Origin: Thermoanaerobaculia bacterium
GTDB lineage: Bacteria > Acidobacteriota > Thermoanaerobaculia > UBA5066 > DATFVB01
Assembly (NCBI GenBank): GCA_035260525.1
Contig: DATFVB010000156.1
Location: 1 to 57,039 of the forward strand
Length of the DNA stretch: 57,039 bases
Reading direction: 5' to 3'
Shown: positions 47,885-57,039 of the stretch, one piece after another
Position numbering within the stretch: the stretch's first letter is position 1
Layout of the letters: each line of letters opens with the position of its first letter
Position numbers and translations under genes: made by a program
Notes under the pieces: model-generated
Told to the model about the DNA's origin: nothing
The model's input: only the letters and a program-made list of their open reading frames with translations
The model's database searches: none

Positions 47885-47920
47885 GAGTTACGGGAGTTTT
47901 CGGCTCTCCCGAGGGCGGGC

Positions 47921-47950
47921 AGCTTAACGGAGCCCGGCCGAAAGTGTCAA
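47921..47950 (-). promoter_or_regulatory. Candidate sigma70 promoter of the ten-paralog operon
   Basis: On the minus strand there is a perfect TTGACA (47950-47945), an 18-nt spacer and TAAGCT (47926-47921). A 6-bp hairpin CGGGAG-N9-CTCCCG (47911-47891) lies in the short leader. Confidence 0.4.
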
Positions 47951-48015
47951 ACACGGTCCTCACAGACGGCCGCGGGTGATCCATCTCCGTCGATGGCGTT
48001 GGAGAGGCGTCAGAA

Positions 48016-48136
48016 GCGCGGCGAGGCGCGAGCCCGGTGGGATGCGGTCGTCCCGCCCGAGGCCGCAGCGTACCGAAAGCGTACTTTAAGGCCGCGGGCG
48101 GGGCGAATGCGGTCGTCCGGCTCGATGCATCGCCGC
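48016..48136 (+). repeat. Dispersed ~120-nt repeat, copy F
   Basis: Full-length match to copy B. It sits between the 3' end of the upstream ABC operon and the promoter of the paralog array. Confidence 0.85.
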
Positions 48137-48143
48137 GCCTGCT

Positions 48144-48881
48144 TCAGGCGGAGGTGGCGCCGTCGGCGACGACTGTCCCGTCGCGCATCTCGACGATCCG
48201 GCTCGTCCGGCGGGCCAGCGTCATGTCGTGGGTGATCACGACGAGCGTGCGTCCCTGTTTCCAGAGCTCGGAGAAGAGGCTCATGATGTCCGTCCCCGAG
48301 CTCGTGTCGAGGTTCCCCGTCGGCTCGTCGGCGAGCAGGATGTCGGGCTCCATCGCGAGCGCGCGGGCGATCGCCACGCGCTGCATCTGGCCGCCCGAGA
48401 GCTCGGTCGGCCGGTGCTCGCCCCGGTCGGCCAGGCCGACGCGGGCGAGGAGCTCCTCGGCGCGCCGCCGCCGTTCCTTCGGGGGGACGCCGCCGAAGAG
48501 CATCGGCATCTCGACGTTCTCGATCGCGGTGATCTGGGGCAGCAGGTTGAAGCTCTGGAAGACGAAGCCGACCCGCCGGTTGCGGACGTCGGCGAGCGCG
48601 TCGCGCGAAAGCCCCGCCACCCGCTCTCCGGCGAGCGCATATTCGCCCCCGGTCGGCGTGTCGAGGCAGCCGATGAGGTTCATCAGGGTGGACTTCCCGG
48701 AGCCGGAAGGGCCGACGATCGCCGCGAACTCTCCGCGGCGGATCTCGAGGTCGATCCCCTTCAGCGCCTCGACCTTCACGCGGCCGGTGTCGTAGATCTT
48801 CCGGATCTCCTTCATCGCGATGATCGGCCCGCCGTTCGTCGCGGCGGACGCCTCGGGACCTCTCTTCGGGTTTCTACTCAT
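48144..48881 (-). CDS. MacB/LolD-type ABC transporter ATP-binding protein
   Basis: 245 aa. Motifs are '[12 protein letters not shown]', 'LSGGQMQRV' and '[12 protein letters not shown]'. Confidence 0.9.
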   Translation of the reverse strand: MSRNPKRGPEASAATNGGPIIAMKEIRKIYDTGRVKVEALKGIDLEIRRGEFAAIVGPSGSGKSTLMNLIGCLDTPTGGEYALAGERVAGLSRDALADVRNRRVGFVFQSFNLLPQITAIENVEMPMLFGGVPPKERRRRAEELLARVGLADRGEHRPTELSGGQMQRVAIARALAMEPDILLADEPTGNLDTSSGTDIMSLFSELWKQGRTLVVITHDMTLARRTSRIVEMRDGTVVADGATSA

Positions 48882-50148
48882 AGCGCAGGGTCTCCGCGGG
48901 ATCGATCGCCGCGGCCCGCCGGGCCGGGAAGTAGCCGGCGGCGAGCCCGATCGCTCCCAGAATGAAGGTCGTCACGGCGCCGATCGGCGCCGAGATCCGG
49001 GGATGGCCGAGGTAGCCCATCACCTCGCTCGAGTCGAGCGGAATCAAGGAGAGGAGGGTGACGAGAGCGAGCGCGATCGCGATCCCGGCGGCTCCGCCGA
49101 CGAAGGTGTAGAGCGTCGCCTCGAGGACGAACGGGCCCGTGATCCAGCGCGGCCTCGCGCCGAGCGCCATCTTCACGCCGATCTCGCGCGTCCTCTCCTT
49201 CACGACGGCATACATGATGTTGGCGACCCCCACGCCGCCGACGATCAGCGTGAGCGCGCCGACGATTCCGAGGAAGACCTGGATCCCGAGCAGCATCTGC
49301 GCTTCCTCCTTGTTGTCGGAGACCGTGTCCCACACTCCGAGCGCCCGGTCGTCGCCGGGATCGAAACGGTGGCGCGCGCCGAGGACGTGCCGCAGGCGGT
49401 CGAGAGCGGCCGGCATCTGCGTCGGGTCGGCGACCCCCACGACCAGGTTGTCGAGGTTCTGGTGTCCGAACATCGCGAGGAACGTCGGCAGCGGGATGAA
49501 CGTCTGGTTCTCGTCCTGGTTCATGTAGCTGTTGTCCTGGATTCGGTGCTTCAGCACTCCGATGACGAGGAACGGGGCGTTCGCGACGAGGATCGTCTTC
49601 CCGACCGGGTCTTCGGTTCCGAAGATGTCCTTCGCCTGCTTGTCGCCCAGGAAGATCACGCGCCGCGAGTCGCGGATGTCGCGGCCGTCGATGAACCGAC
49701 CGCCGGGCACCGGCCCCTGGTTGCGCCACGTCCGGTAGGGCGCCTCGACGCCGACGACGCTCCCGTTGACGGTCTTGCGCCCGTAGACGAGCGGGACGCG
49801 TCCCTTCTGGATTTCGCCGATCACCGTCGCGACGTCGGCCATCCGCGCCTGCGCGTACTCCGATTCGCTTTCGGGGAACACGAGGCGGCGGCCCGGCGGC
49901 ATCCCGGCGAACGGCTTCGTCGTCTGCCCCGGCCAGATGATCGCGATGTCCTTCCCCATCCCCTGGGAGTTCCGGATGAGCTGCTCCCGGAAGCCCTGGC
50001 CGAACGCGAGGAGGAGCAGGACCGAAACGGTCCCCCATGCGATCGCGGCGACCGTCAGCACCGCCCGCTTCCTCTTCAGCCGCGCCGTCTGCAGGAAGAG
50101 GTGCAGAACCACCGCGAACGTGGAGGCGCGGGGGGTTTTCGCACTCAC
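48874..50148 (-). CDS. MacB-type permease (MacB_PCD + FtsX)
   Basis: 424 aa. The GTG at 50148 overlaps the upstream stop (GTGA). 'REIGVKMALGARPRWI' is present. Confidence 0.82.
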   Translation of the reverse strand: MSAKTPRASTFAVVLHLFLQTARLKRKRAVLTVAAIAWGTVSVLLLLAFGQGFREQLIRNSQGMGKDIAIIWPGQTTKPFAGMPPGRRLVFPESESEYAQARMADVATVIGEIQKGRVPLVYGRKTVNGSVVGVEAPYRTWRNQGPVPGGRFIDGRDIRDSRRVIFLGDKQAKDIFGTEDPVGKTILVANAPFLVIGVLKHRIQDNSYMNQDENQTFIPLPTFLAMFGHQNLDNLVVGVADPTQMPAALDRLRHVLGARHRFDPGDDRALGVWDTVSDNKEEAQMLLGIQVFLGIVGALTLIVGGVGVANIMYAVVKERTREIGVKMALGARPRWITGPFVLEATLYTFVGGAAGIAIALALVTLLSLIPLDSSEVMGYLGHPRISAPIGAVTTFILGAIGLAAGYFPARRAAAIDPAETLRYE

Positions 50149-51368
50149 AGCTTCATCGCCACGACCGGGTCGAGCCGCGACGCCTCCCTGGCCGGGAAGT
50201 ACCCCGCCAGGAACCCGATCGTCCCGAGGACCGCCGCGGTCACGAGCGCGATCACCGGGGAGAGCTCCGGGCGGCCGATCGTGTCGCCGAGCCCCTTCGT
50301 CGGGACCGCGAGGCAGATCACGAGCGAGAGAAGCAGCCCGATCGCGCCGCCCGTTCCGGTCAGCACCATCGTCTCGACGAGGAGCTGCCGGAGCACGAAC
50401 CTCTCCCGGGCGCCGAGCGCCATCTTGATGCCGATCTCGCGCGTGCGCTCGTCGACGATGACGTTCATGATGTTCGACACGCCGATGCCCCCGACGATCA
50501 GCGTCAGGACGCCGATGATCCCGAGGAACAGGTTGAACGCGAGGAAGAAGACGTCGAAGAAATGGAACTGCTCGGTCGTGTCCCAGATCGAGAGCGCTTC
50601 CTTGTCGTTCGGATCGAAGCCGGTCCGGCGGGCGAGGATGCCTCGCACCTCCGCGATCGCCTCCTTCGAGGGGCGCGAAGGCTTCGGCTGGAAGATGATG
50701 TTGTTGCAGTACTTCTCGCCGATGAGCACCCGCATCGTGCTCGCGGGCACATAGATCTTGTTCGCGTCGCGCCCGCCGTACGACGAGTTCTGGAGCTTGT
50801 GCGTCTGCACGCCGATCACGAGGAACGGCGTGTCCTGGATGAACACGGTCTTCCCGACGACCGGGTCCTTCCCGAACATGTCGGTCGCGAGCTTGTCGCC
50901 GACGAACGCGACGCGCCGCTGTCCGGAGATGTCGAGCGGGTCGAGGAAGCGCCCGCCGGCCTGGGGGTTGAGGTTGCGTACCTCGCCGAAGAAGGGATTG
51001 ACGCCGGAGACCCCGACGTTGAATGTCTTCGCCCCGACGCGGACTTTCAGCTCTTTCCGGTATTCCGAGGAGATACCGGTGATCTGCGTCGCCTGCGCGC
51101 GGACGGCCTCGATGTCCTCTTCCGCGACGCGGACCTTGCGCCCCTTTCCCAGCCCGTTGTACGGGACCGACGTCAGGCCCGGCCAGGCGATGACGATGCG
51201 GTCGCCGAGCCCCTTGACGCGGCGGATCTGCTGATGCTTCAGGCCCACGCCGAAGGCGAGGAGGAGCGACACGGCGGTCGTCCCCCACACGATCCCGAAG
51301 AGGGTCAGCAGCGTTCGCAGCTTTTGCGACCGCAGATCGCGCCAGAGCTGCCGGAAGGCTTCGGTCAT
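50145..51368 (-). CDS. MacB-type permease (MacB_PCD + FtsX)
   Basis: 407 aa. It shows 'QKLRTLLTLFGIVWGTTAV' and 'REIGIKMALGARERFV'. Confidence 0.85.
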   Translation of the reverse strand: MTEAFRQLWRDLRSQKLRTLLTLFGIVWGTTAVSLLLAFGVGLKHQQIRRVKGLGDRIVIAWPGLTSVPYNGLGKGRKVRVAEEDIEAVRAQATQITGISSEYRKELKVRVGAKTFNVGVSGVNPFFGEVRNLNPQAGGRFLDPLDISGQRRVAFVGDKLATDMFGKDPVVGKTVFIQDTPFLVIGVQTHKLQNSSYGGRDANKIYVPASTMRVLIGEKYCNNIIFQPKPSRPSKEAIAEVRGILARRTGFDPNDKEALSIWDTTEQFHFFDVFFLAFNLFLGIIGVLTLIVGGIGVSNIMNVIVDERTREIGIKMALGARERFVLRQLLVETMVLTGTGGAIGLLLSLVICLAVPTKGLGDTIGRPELSPVIALVTAAVLGTIGFLAGYFPAREASRLDPVVAMKL

Positions 51369-51424
51369 CGGCCTTCCACGATCACGTCCCGAGTCTGGCG
51401 GGTCGGCAAGATCCTGTTGTCACC

Positions 51425-51478
51425 CCCGCGAAAGCGGAGGTCCAGGTCTCTGGATTCCTGCTTTCGCAGGAATGACAC
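51425..51478. repeat. Hairpin-pair repeat, copy 2 (inverted relative to 7921-7985)
   Basis: An imperfect GC hairpin (51423-51440) is followed by an 8-bp stem ATTCCTGC-tttc-GCAGGAAT (51454-51473). It lies between the adaptor and permease genes. Confidence 0.7.
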
Positions 51479-51528
51479 GAAGTCTCCCAAGTAGTTCCGA
51501 ACGACACGCGATTTCTCAGGCCGCTCCG

Positions 51529-52638
51529 TCACGACGCCGTGATTTCCTTCGGCGGCTTTTCGACGAGCTTCTGGCCGGCGGAGACCCCGGAGACGATCTC
51601 GACGTTCAGCCCGTCCGAGATTCCGACCTTGACCTCCGTCTTGACCGGCTTCGCCTTCGGGTCCGCGGCAGCGACCTCGACGAACGCCTTGTTGCCGCCG
51701 TCCTCGAATTCGACGAGGCGCTCCGGGATCGTCAGCACGCCCTTCTTCTCCCGGATGACGATCTCGGCGTTGGCCGAGTACCCGGCCCGGAGCATGACCT
51801 CGCTCCCGGGATCGAGCTCGACCCAGACGTCGAACAGGGTCGCGCCCTCCTTCTGCTGCGCCTGCGGTGCAATGCGGGTGACGCGGCCGGTGACCGTATC
51901 CGAGGGGAGAGCTCCGACCTTGATCCGCGCCGGCATGCCGACGGCGATCTTCCCGACGTCGATCTCGTCGATCGTCCCCCGGAAGAGGAGATCGCTCATG
52001 TCGGCAATCGACGCGAGCTCGGTCCCGGGCTGGTACGGCGTCAGGGGAACGACCGGCTCGCCCGGGTTGACCGTGCGGGTGAGGATGGTCCCGGCCGCCG
52101 GCGCCCGGATGATCGACTCGAGCGTGATCCCGCCGCCGCTCACCCGCCCCGTCATCGTGAGCTCCCGCGTCTGGACCGCCTTGTCGAGGGTGATCTTCGC
52201 GAGGTCGTAGGTCGTCTTCGCGGAGTCGAGCGCCGACTTCGCGGCGATCCCCTGCTTGTAGAGCGACTGCTGGCGGGCGTAATCGATCTGCGCCTGCTCG
52301 AAGGAGCTCCGCGCGGTGTCGACCGCGGTCGAGGCGTCGGTGACGTCGGTCGGGGTGGGGTCCGGCGCGATCTCGAAGAGGGGGTCGCCCGGCCGAACCT
52401 TGTCTCCGACCTGGACGACGCACGTCTTCACGACGCCCGAGATCTTCGATTTGATCGAGTACTTCTGGCGCGGCTCGATCTGGCCGACCGCGAGGGCCTT
52501 TTCGGTGATGCTCCCGGTCTCGACGCTGACGAGCTTGGTCTTACCATCCTTCTTGTCGGCGCTCGCCCAGGCGTACAGTGCGGCGGCAACCGCCACGATT
52601 CCCAGCAAAATAAAGAAGATACGAAAAAGCTTCTTCAT
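51529..52638 (-). CDS. HlyD/MacA-type periplasmic adaptor
   Basis: The start is at MKKLF (52638). It has a TM anchor, 'VVQVGDKVRPGDPLFEI', a coiled coil and 'IDEIDVGKIAVGMPARIKV'. Confidence 0.85.
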   Translation of the reverse strand: MKKLFRIFFILLGIVAVAAALYAWASADKKDGKTKLVSVETGSITEKALAVGQIEPRQKYSIKSKISGVVKTCVVQVGDKVRPGDPLFEIAPDPTPTDVTDASTAVDTARSSFEQAQIDYARQQSLYKQGIAAKSALDSAKTTYDLAKITLDKAVQTRELTMTGRVSGGGITLESIIRAPAAGTILTRTVNPGEPVVPLTPYQPGTELASIADMSDLLFRGTIDEIDVGKIAVGMPARIKVGALPSDTVTGRVTRIAPQAQQKEGATLFDVWVELDPGSEVMLRAGYSANAEIVIREKKGVLTIPERLVEFEDGGNKAFVEVAAADPKAKPVKTEVKVGISDGLNVEIVSGVSAGQKLVEKPPKEITAS

Positions 52639-52731
52639 CGCGGACCCCCTCCATCCGGCGAACACCGGGCTCGCTTTCCCTCTATGACGTGGATACCGGA
52701 AGGAAGTTCTGCGGGAAAGAGGACGGGACGG

Positions 52732-53190
52732 CTACCGGGGCTTGATCCCGCCCGGGAACTCGCGCGACGCCCGGAGGATCGGCGCCTTCTTCTCGAACGG
52801 GATGCCCATGGAGGCGAGCCATTCCTCGGCGCGCTCGCGGGCCCGCCGCTGCTTGAACTGGAAGAAGAGCCCCTCTTCGCGCGGGTGCGCCAGCAGCGCC
52901 GCGCGGTAGGCGTCGGAGGGGTCCGCCGCCGAGAGCGCCCGGCGGAGCTCCTCCCGGGTCTTCTCGTCCTCGACTTCCTCGACGAAGAGCTCCATTTCGC
53001 CCGCGCCCCGCTCCCCGCGGTCGCGGGGGAGCGCGAGATACCGGCGGGAGCCCGAGAGCTCGGCGTGGCGCGCCGGCTCCCGCGTCTCGACGACCTGCAC
53101 GACATCTCCCGTCTCCCGGTCGAGGAAGTGCGTGATCTGCTGCGACCGGCTCTCGAAACCGACGACGAGTCCTTCCCAGTCGAGGTTCAT
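52732..53190 (-). CDS. Hypothetical cytoplasmic protein (152 aa) translationally coupled to purL
   Basis: '[31 protein letters not shown]...' has ordinary composition. Its ATG overlaps the purL stop (ATGA). It may be UPF0158-like, but that is from memory only. Confidence 0.55.
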   Translation of the reverse strand: MNLDWEGLVVGFESRSQQITHFLDRETGDVVQVVETREPARHAELSGSRRYLALPRDRGERGAGEMELFVEEVEDEKTREELRRALSAADPSDAYRAALLAHPREEGLFFQFKQRRARERAEEWLASMGIPFEKKAPILRASREFPGGIKPR

Positions 53191-55463
53191 TCGACCGTCG
53201 GGTCCTTCTCGACCGCGGTCTGAAACGCGGTCGACCAGAGGGCGCGCAGCGGATCGAGCGGGGCGTCGATCACGGTGCGCCCGTCGAGCGCGACGCGGAT
53301 CGAGCCGCCGGAGACCGTTCCGACGACGGAAAACGGAACGCCGGCGGAGGCCGCCCGGTCGCGGAGCGTCTCGGCGTTGCCGCGCGGAAAGCTCACGAGG
53401 GCGCGGCCCGTCGACTCGCCGAAGAGGACGGCCGACGGGCGGACACCTTCGGACACGAGCGTGATCCGCGCGCCGAGCCCCCGCGGAAACGCGCTCTCGC
53501 ACAGGGCGACCGCGAACCCGCCGTCGGAGACGTCGTGCGCGGAGGAGAGGAGCGAAGCCACTGCGGCGCCGACGAGGAACTCGATGAGGTGCTTCTCGGC
53601 CGGCAGGTCGAGCGATGGGCAGGGTCCCTCGTCGCGTCCGCGGATCACGCGCAGGAACTCGGAGCCGCCGAGCTCGTCTCGGGTCTCGCCGGCGAGAGCG
53701 ATCAGGTCGCCGTCGCCGCGAAAGCCGATCGAAACGTGCTTCTCGACGTCGTCGAGCAGTCCGACCATGCCGATCGTCGGCGTCGGAAGGATCGCGCGCC
53801 CTTCCGTCTCGTTGTAGAACGAGACGTTTCCCGACACGACCGGCGTCTCGAGCGCGCGGCACGCCTCGGAAATTCCTTCGACGGCGAGGGCGAACTGCTC
53901 CATCACCTCGGGTTTCTCGGGGCTCCCGAAGTTGAGGCAGTCGGTGACGGCGAGGGGACGCGCGCCGGTCGCCGCGATCGAGCGCGCGCACTCGGCGACC
54001 GCGATCGAGGCCCCCGTCTTCGGATCGAGAGCGCAGAAGAACGGGTTGACGTCGGTCTTGAGCGCCAGGCCCCTCTGATGCGCGGACGGCCGTCCGGGCT
54101 GCCCCGCGCCCGAGTCGTCGACCCACATCGTCGCCTTCAGCCGGATCACGGCGGCGTCGCCGCCGGGGCGCTCGACCGTGTTCGACCGCACCATGTGGTC
54201 GTACTGGTTCCAGATCCATCTTTTTTCGGCGATGTTCGGCGAGGCGAGAAGCCGTTCGAGGCACTGCCGGTAGTCGGCCGGCTCGGGCTCCTCCGTCCAT
54301 CGGAACGGACCCCCGGCGGCCGGAAGCGGCGCGCGCGGCCGGCGGTACACCGGCGCCCGGTCGGCGAGCGGGCCGACCGGCATGTCCGCCACGACCTGGC
54401 CGTGAAACTTCAACACGACGCGCCCCGTGTCGGTCACCGTCCCGATCCGCACCGCGTCGAGCTCCCACTTGTGGAAGACGGCGAGTACTTCCGCGAGCCG
54501 CTCGGGCCTCGCGACGAGGAGCATCCGCTCCTGGGATTCGGAGAGCATGATCTCGTAGGGCGTCATCCCCGGCTCGCGCGTGGGGACGTCGGAGAGCTCG
54601 ATCTCGAGGCCGGCGCCGCCGCGCCCGGCCATCTCGAAGGAGGACGACGTCAGTCCCGCCGCGCCCATGTCCTGGATCCCGACGACCGCGTCTCCCTTGA
54701 AAATCTCGAGGCAGGCCTCGAGGAGCAGCTTCTCGGTGAACGGGTCGCCGACCTGGACGTTCGGACGCTTCGACGCCGCTCCGCCTTCGCCGAATTCCGC
54801 GGACGCCATCGTCGCGCCGTGGATCCCGTCCCGGCCGGTCTTCGAGCCGACGTAGACGACCGCGTTCCCGGGCCCGGCGGCCGTTCCCTTGAAGATGCGC
54901 TCGCGCCGGACGAGGCCGACGTTCATGACGTTGACGAGGATGTTCCCGTTGTACGCCGGATGGAACGTCGTCTCGCCGCCGAGCGTCGGGATCCCGATGC
55001 AGTTGCCGTAGCCGGCGATGCCCCGCACGACGCCGTCGACGAGGTGGCGCATGCGCGGCGCGTCGAGGTCGCCGAATCGCAGGGAGTTCAGCGACGCGAT
55101 GGGCCGCGCGCCCATCGTGAAGACGTCGCGCAGGATCCCGCCGACGCCGGTCGCCGCGCCCTGATACGGCTCGATGAAGGACGGGTGGTTGTGCGACTCC
55201 ATCTTGAAGGCGGCGCAGAGGCCGTCGCCGAGATCCACGACGCCGGCGTTCTCGCCGGGGCCCTGGACGACCCGGGGACCGGTCGTCGGGAAGGTCTTGA
55301 GGTATATCCGCGACGACTTGTACGAGCAGTGCTCCGACCACATCGCGGAGAAGATCCCGAGCTCCGTGATCGTCGGCTCGCGTCCCAGGATCTCGAGGAT
55401 GTTCCGGTACTCCTCGTCGGTGAGCTGGTGCTCGGCGACGAGATCGGGTGTGATCGAGGTCAT
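53187..55463 (-). CDS. purL: Phosphoribosylformylglycinamidine synthase subunit PurL
   Basis: 758 aa. Motifs are '[13 protein letters not shown]', 'VVDLGDG...[10 protein letters not shown]' and duplicated AIRS-type domains. Confidence 0.93.
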   Translation of the reverse strand: MTSITPDLVAEHQLTDEEYRNILEILGREPTITELGIFSAMWSEHCSYKSSRIYLKTFPTTGPRVVQGPGENAGVVDLGDGLCAAFKMESHNHPSFIEPYQGAATGVGGILRDVFTMGARPIASLNSLRFGDLDAPRMRHLVDGVVRGIAGYGNCIGIPTLGGETTFHPAYNGNILVNVMNVGLVRRERIFKGTAAGPGNAVVYVGSKTGRDGIHGATMASAEFGEGGAASKRPNVQVGDPFTEKLLLEACLEIFKGDAVVGIQDMGAAGLTSSSFEMAGRGGAGLEIELSDVPTREPGMTPYEIMLSESQERMLLVARPERLAEVLAVFHKWELDAVRIGTVTDTGRVVLKFHGQVVADMPVGPLADRAPVYRRPRAPLPAAGGPFRWTEEPEPADYRQCLERLLASPNIAEKRWIWNQYDHMVRSNTVERPGGDAAVIRLKATMWVDDSGAGQPGRPSAHQRGLALKTDVNPFFCALDPKTGASIAVAECARSIAATGARPLAVTDCLNFGSPEKPEVMEQFALAVEGISEACRALETPVVSGNVSFYNETEGRAILPTPTIGMVGLLDDVEKHVSIGFRGDGDLIALAGETRDELGGSEFLRVIRGRDEGPCPSLDLPAEKHLIEFLVGAAVASLLSSAHDVSDGGFAVALCESAFPRGLGARITLVSEGVRPSAVLFGESTGRALVSFPRGNAETLRDRAASAGVPFSVVGTVSGGSIRVALDGRTVIDAPLDPLRALWSTAFQTAVEKDPTVE

Positions 55464-55469
55464 CTCCCG

Positions 55470-57039
55470 CTAATTTATCTCATCCGGCTTGGAAAGCGTC
55501 TCGTGTCCGCGCTCCCGCTCTTTGGCGCTCCGCACGCTCTTTTCCTCGGGCTCTCCGAAAAGCGCCGGCTCGAGGTATGTTCCCTGTTCCTGTTCCGGCT
55601 TGATCTCCTCGACCGGAATGCGGTGCGCGTCGGCCCAGGCATCGTGACGGATGCCGGTCACCATCCAGGATACTTCCGCTCCGGGAACTCCGCCGGCGAT
55701 TCGAAACGTGTTGCCACTCACCTTCTGCGCGACGTAGAGGCTCGGCTGAGGCGTTCCGATCGCCGTGAGCTGGTACCGGAAATCGCGATTCAACGCCTCG
55801 AACCAATCGGGAAGCGTGATCGTGGCCGTGCCCGACGTATCGAGAGTCGTCACACCGTCGTAGATGTTCTTCATGTCGGGAGACTCGACGAAGGAGTGGG
55901 AAAGGTACTTGTGGGCGGGATCGAGCGGATGGTCGATCTTGAAGGAACCACCCAACTTCGAAAGCGTGCCGTTGACGTGGACGTCACCGTCGAAGTAACC
56001 GGCATAGCTCGCGCCGTGGCTGTTGCCGTAAATGGCGTACGCCCCTGCGTGACCGGTCTCTCCGTACACGCCGACACCGCTGCTGCTGTCTTCTCCATGA
56101 ACTCCGGCACTGAAGCCCCCGCTCGAGCTCCGCCCGTCGACGCCATCGAGGGCGCTGCTGCCGAACACGCCGTAGTTCTGCCCGGCCAGGTAGCCGACGG
56201 TTCCGGTGGTCAGGTTTTGGCCCTGAACTCCCGCGGCTGTCGCAAAGCTCGTCTCTCCGATGATCCCGTTGCCGGCGAGGCTGTTGCCCTCAATCCCGGT
56301 CCCTTTGTTATTGAAGCCGAAGACGCCGACTCCGTCGGAGGAGGAGGCGTTTCCGTAGACGCCGATGCCGGCCGTGCCGGCGCCCGCGGACCCGAGAACG
56401 CCATACGATGCACCCTCTCCCCAGACGCCGGCGCTGGCTCCGCTCTTGCCGTATACGCCGGAATTCTCTGTATTGGTGACGGAAAACGCCGGATGGTCAG
56501 AAATGGAGGTGGTCCCCGCATAAGGCAAAGTGAGCCCACCCCCTCCCGTCACCGCGTCGATCGTGATCGTCTTGCCGCTGACGTTGACCGTCGTGTTGGC
56601 GCCGTGCGCGATCGTCAGCGCCCCCGTCAATCCGTTCAGGCTCGTCACCCCCGCCGTTCCCCCGCCGCTTCCGAGGATGTCGTCGCGGAAGCTCATCTCG
56701 AACCCCGAGGAGTCCTGGGACACGTTGGCGACCTGGGCACCGGCGAGAAGGACCGAGCCGGTCCCCTCCGTCACCGTCGCTGTGATCCGGGCGTTCGTCG
56801 TGTGGATTCCGGAGACGACGTCTCCCACTCCCGGCTGGAGCTGTTCGTACGGAGAGAGCGGGAACGCCCTCTGCCCGAGCAGCGCACCGGTGCCGTCGAA
56901 GACCTGGACGTTGACGGTCGGCGATCCTCCTCCCGTCTCGACGAGACCGAAGTTGTACCGGAAATCTTCCGAGCCTCCCTGGTCCACCCCCTGGATCGAC
57001 GCCGACTGCCCCGCCGATATCGAGAAGCTCTTCGGCACC
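55470..57039 (-). CDS. Partial (N-terminus off-window) Gly-rich repeat surface/fibre-like protein with a conserved globular C-terminal domain
   Basis: More than 522 aa. It has about 12 degenerate repeats of the type 'G.GV.G.S..G.GV.G', then 'GDVHVNGTLSKLGGSFKIDHPLDPAHKYLSHSFVESPDMKNIYDG'. By eye it is less GC-rich than its neighbours. Confidence 0.7.
   Translation of the reverse strand, partial: VPKSFSISAGQSASIQGVDQGGSEDFRYNFGLVETGGGSPTVNVQVFDGTGALLGQRAFPLSPYEQLQPGVGDVVSGIHTTNARITATVTEGTGSVLLAGAQVANVSQDSSGFEMSFRDDILGSGGGTAGVTSLNGLTGALTIAHGANTTVNVSGKTITIDAVTGGGGLTLPYAGTTSISDHPAFSVTNTENSGVYGKSGASAGVWGEGASYGVLGSAGAGTAGIGVYGNASSSDGVGVFGFNNKGTGIEGNSLAGNGIIGETSFATAAGVQGQNLTTGTVGYLAGQNYGVFGSSALDGVDGRSSSGGFSAGVHGEDSSSGVGVYGETGHAGAYAIYGNSHGASYAGYFDGDVHVNGTLSKLGGSFKIDHPLDPAHKYLSHSFVESPDMKNIYDGVTTLDTSGTATITLPDWFEALNRDFRYQLTAIGTPQPSLYVAQKVSGNTFRIAGGVPGAEVSWMVTGIRHDAWADAHRIPVEEIKPEQEQGTYLEPALFGEPEEKSVRSAKERERGHETLSKPDEIN

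Noticed and set aside
47885-48143. A precursor-peptide or small regulatory ORF upstream of the paralog array.
   Set aside because: This interval is largely occupied by the 120-nt repeat, the candidate promoter and the leader. I found no ORF with a plausible start/RBS and non-repeat-derived sequence.
35679-48235. Numerous long plus-strand ORFs antisense to the paralog array (e.g. 36613..38109 498 aa, 41310..42878 522 aa, 43579..45870 763 aa, 45321..47015 564 aa, 46042..47877 611 aa).
   Set aside because: Their translations are dominated by R/P/G/A/E runs with no recognisable motifs. They overlap each other in different frames. The minus-strand frames carry ten collinear, motif-rich homologous proteins. 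This is typical stop-codon paucity on the antisense strand of very GC-rich coding DNA.
53191-55341. An 869-aa ORF 52732..55341 and other long ORFs overlapping purL out of frame.
   Set aside because: They are Arg-rich nonsense over the purL region. Only the last 152 aa (52732..53190) have normal composition, with an ATG coupled to the purL stop.

Overview
Very GC-rich chromosomal segment (GC judged by eye, not computed) from a diderm bacterium, shown by TolC-type, outer-membrane-barrel and lipoprotein genes. It is densely coded, with about 55 supportable protein genes, and many same-strand junctions are 4-nt start/stop overlaps (ATGA/GTGA/TTGA). No rRNA, tRNA or CRISPR was seen. Left to right: a receiver-only response regulator; a SAM-I riboswitch-controlled methionine operon (Hcy-methyltransferase/MTHFR fusion plus metH); a TPR protein; a PilT-like ATPase; tyrS; an iron-uptake operon (FTR1-DUF2318 fusion, two FtsX-type permeases, an ABC ATPase fused to a DtxR-like module) divergent from fur; an envelope copper/redox operon (sodC, Cys-rich peptide, OM barrel, rhodanese, MauE/CusF-like/SCO1 fusion, cytochrome c); gluQ; xerC; a DinB-family gene; a MacA/FtsX/TolC efflux operon; and a TetR-HlyD-ABC-2-AsnB operon. 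The standout follows: a 12.5-kb minus-strand operon (35405-47884) made only of TEN head-to-tail paralogs of 412-421 aa. Each keeps a PP-loop (S/T)GGxDS motif, a QueC-like four-Cys motif and a conserved basic C-terminal tail. All nine junctions are 4-nt overlaps. The array converges on, and overlaps by 44 bp, an AsnB-type amidotransferase. I do not recognise this architecture as a described system. The window ends with a second MacAB-like efflux operon, a small gene coupled to purL, and a partial Gly-rich repeat surface protein. Two dispersed intergenic repeat families (a ~120-nt element in 6 copies and a hairpin-pair element in 2) punctuate the operon boundaries. The many long R/P/G/A-rich antisense or out-of-frame ORFs in the track are treated as GC artefacts.
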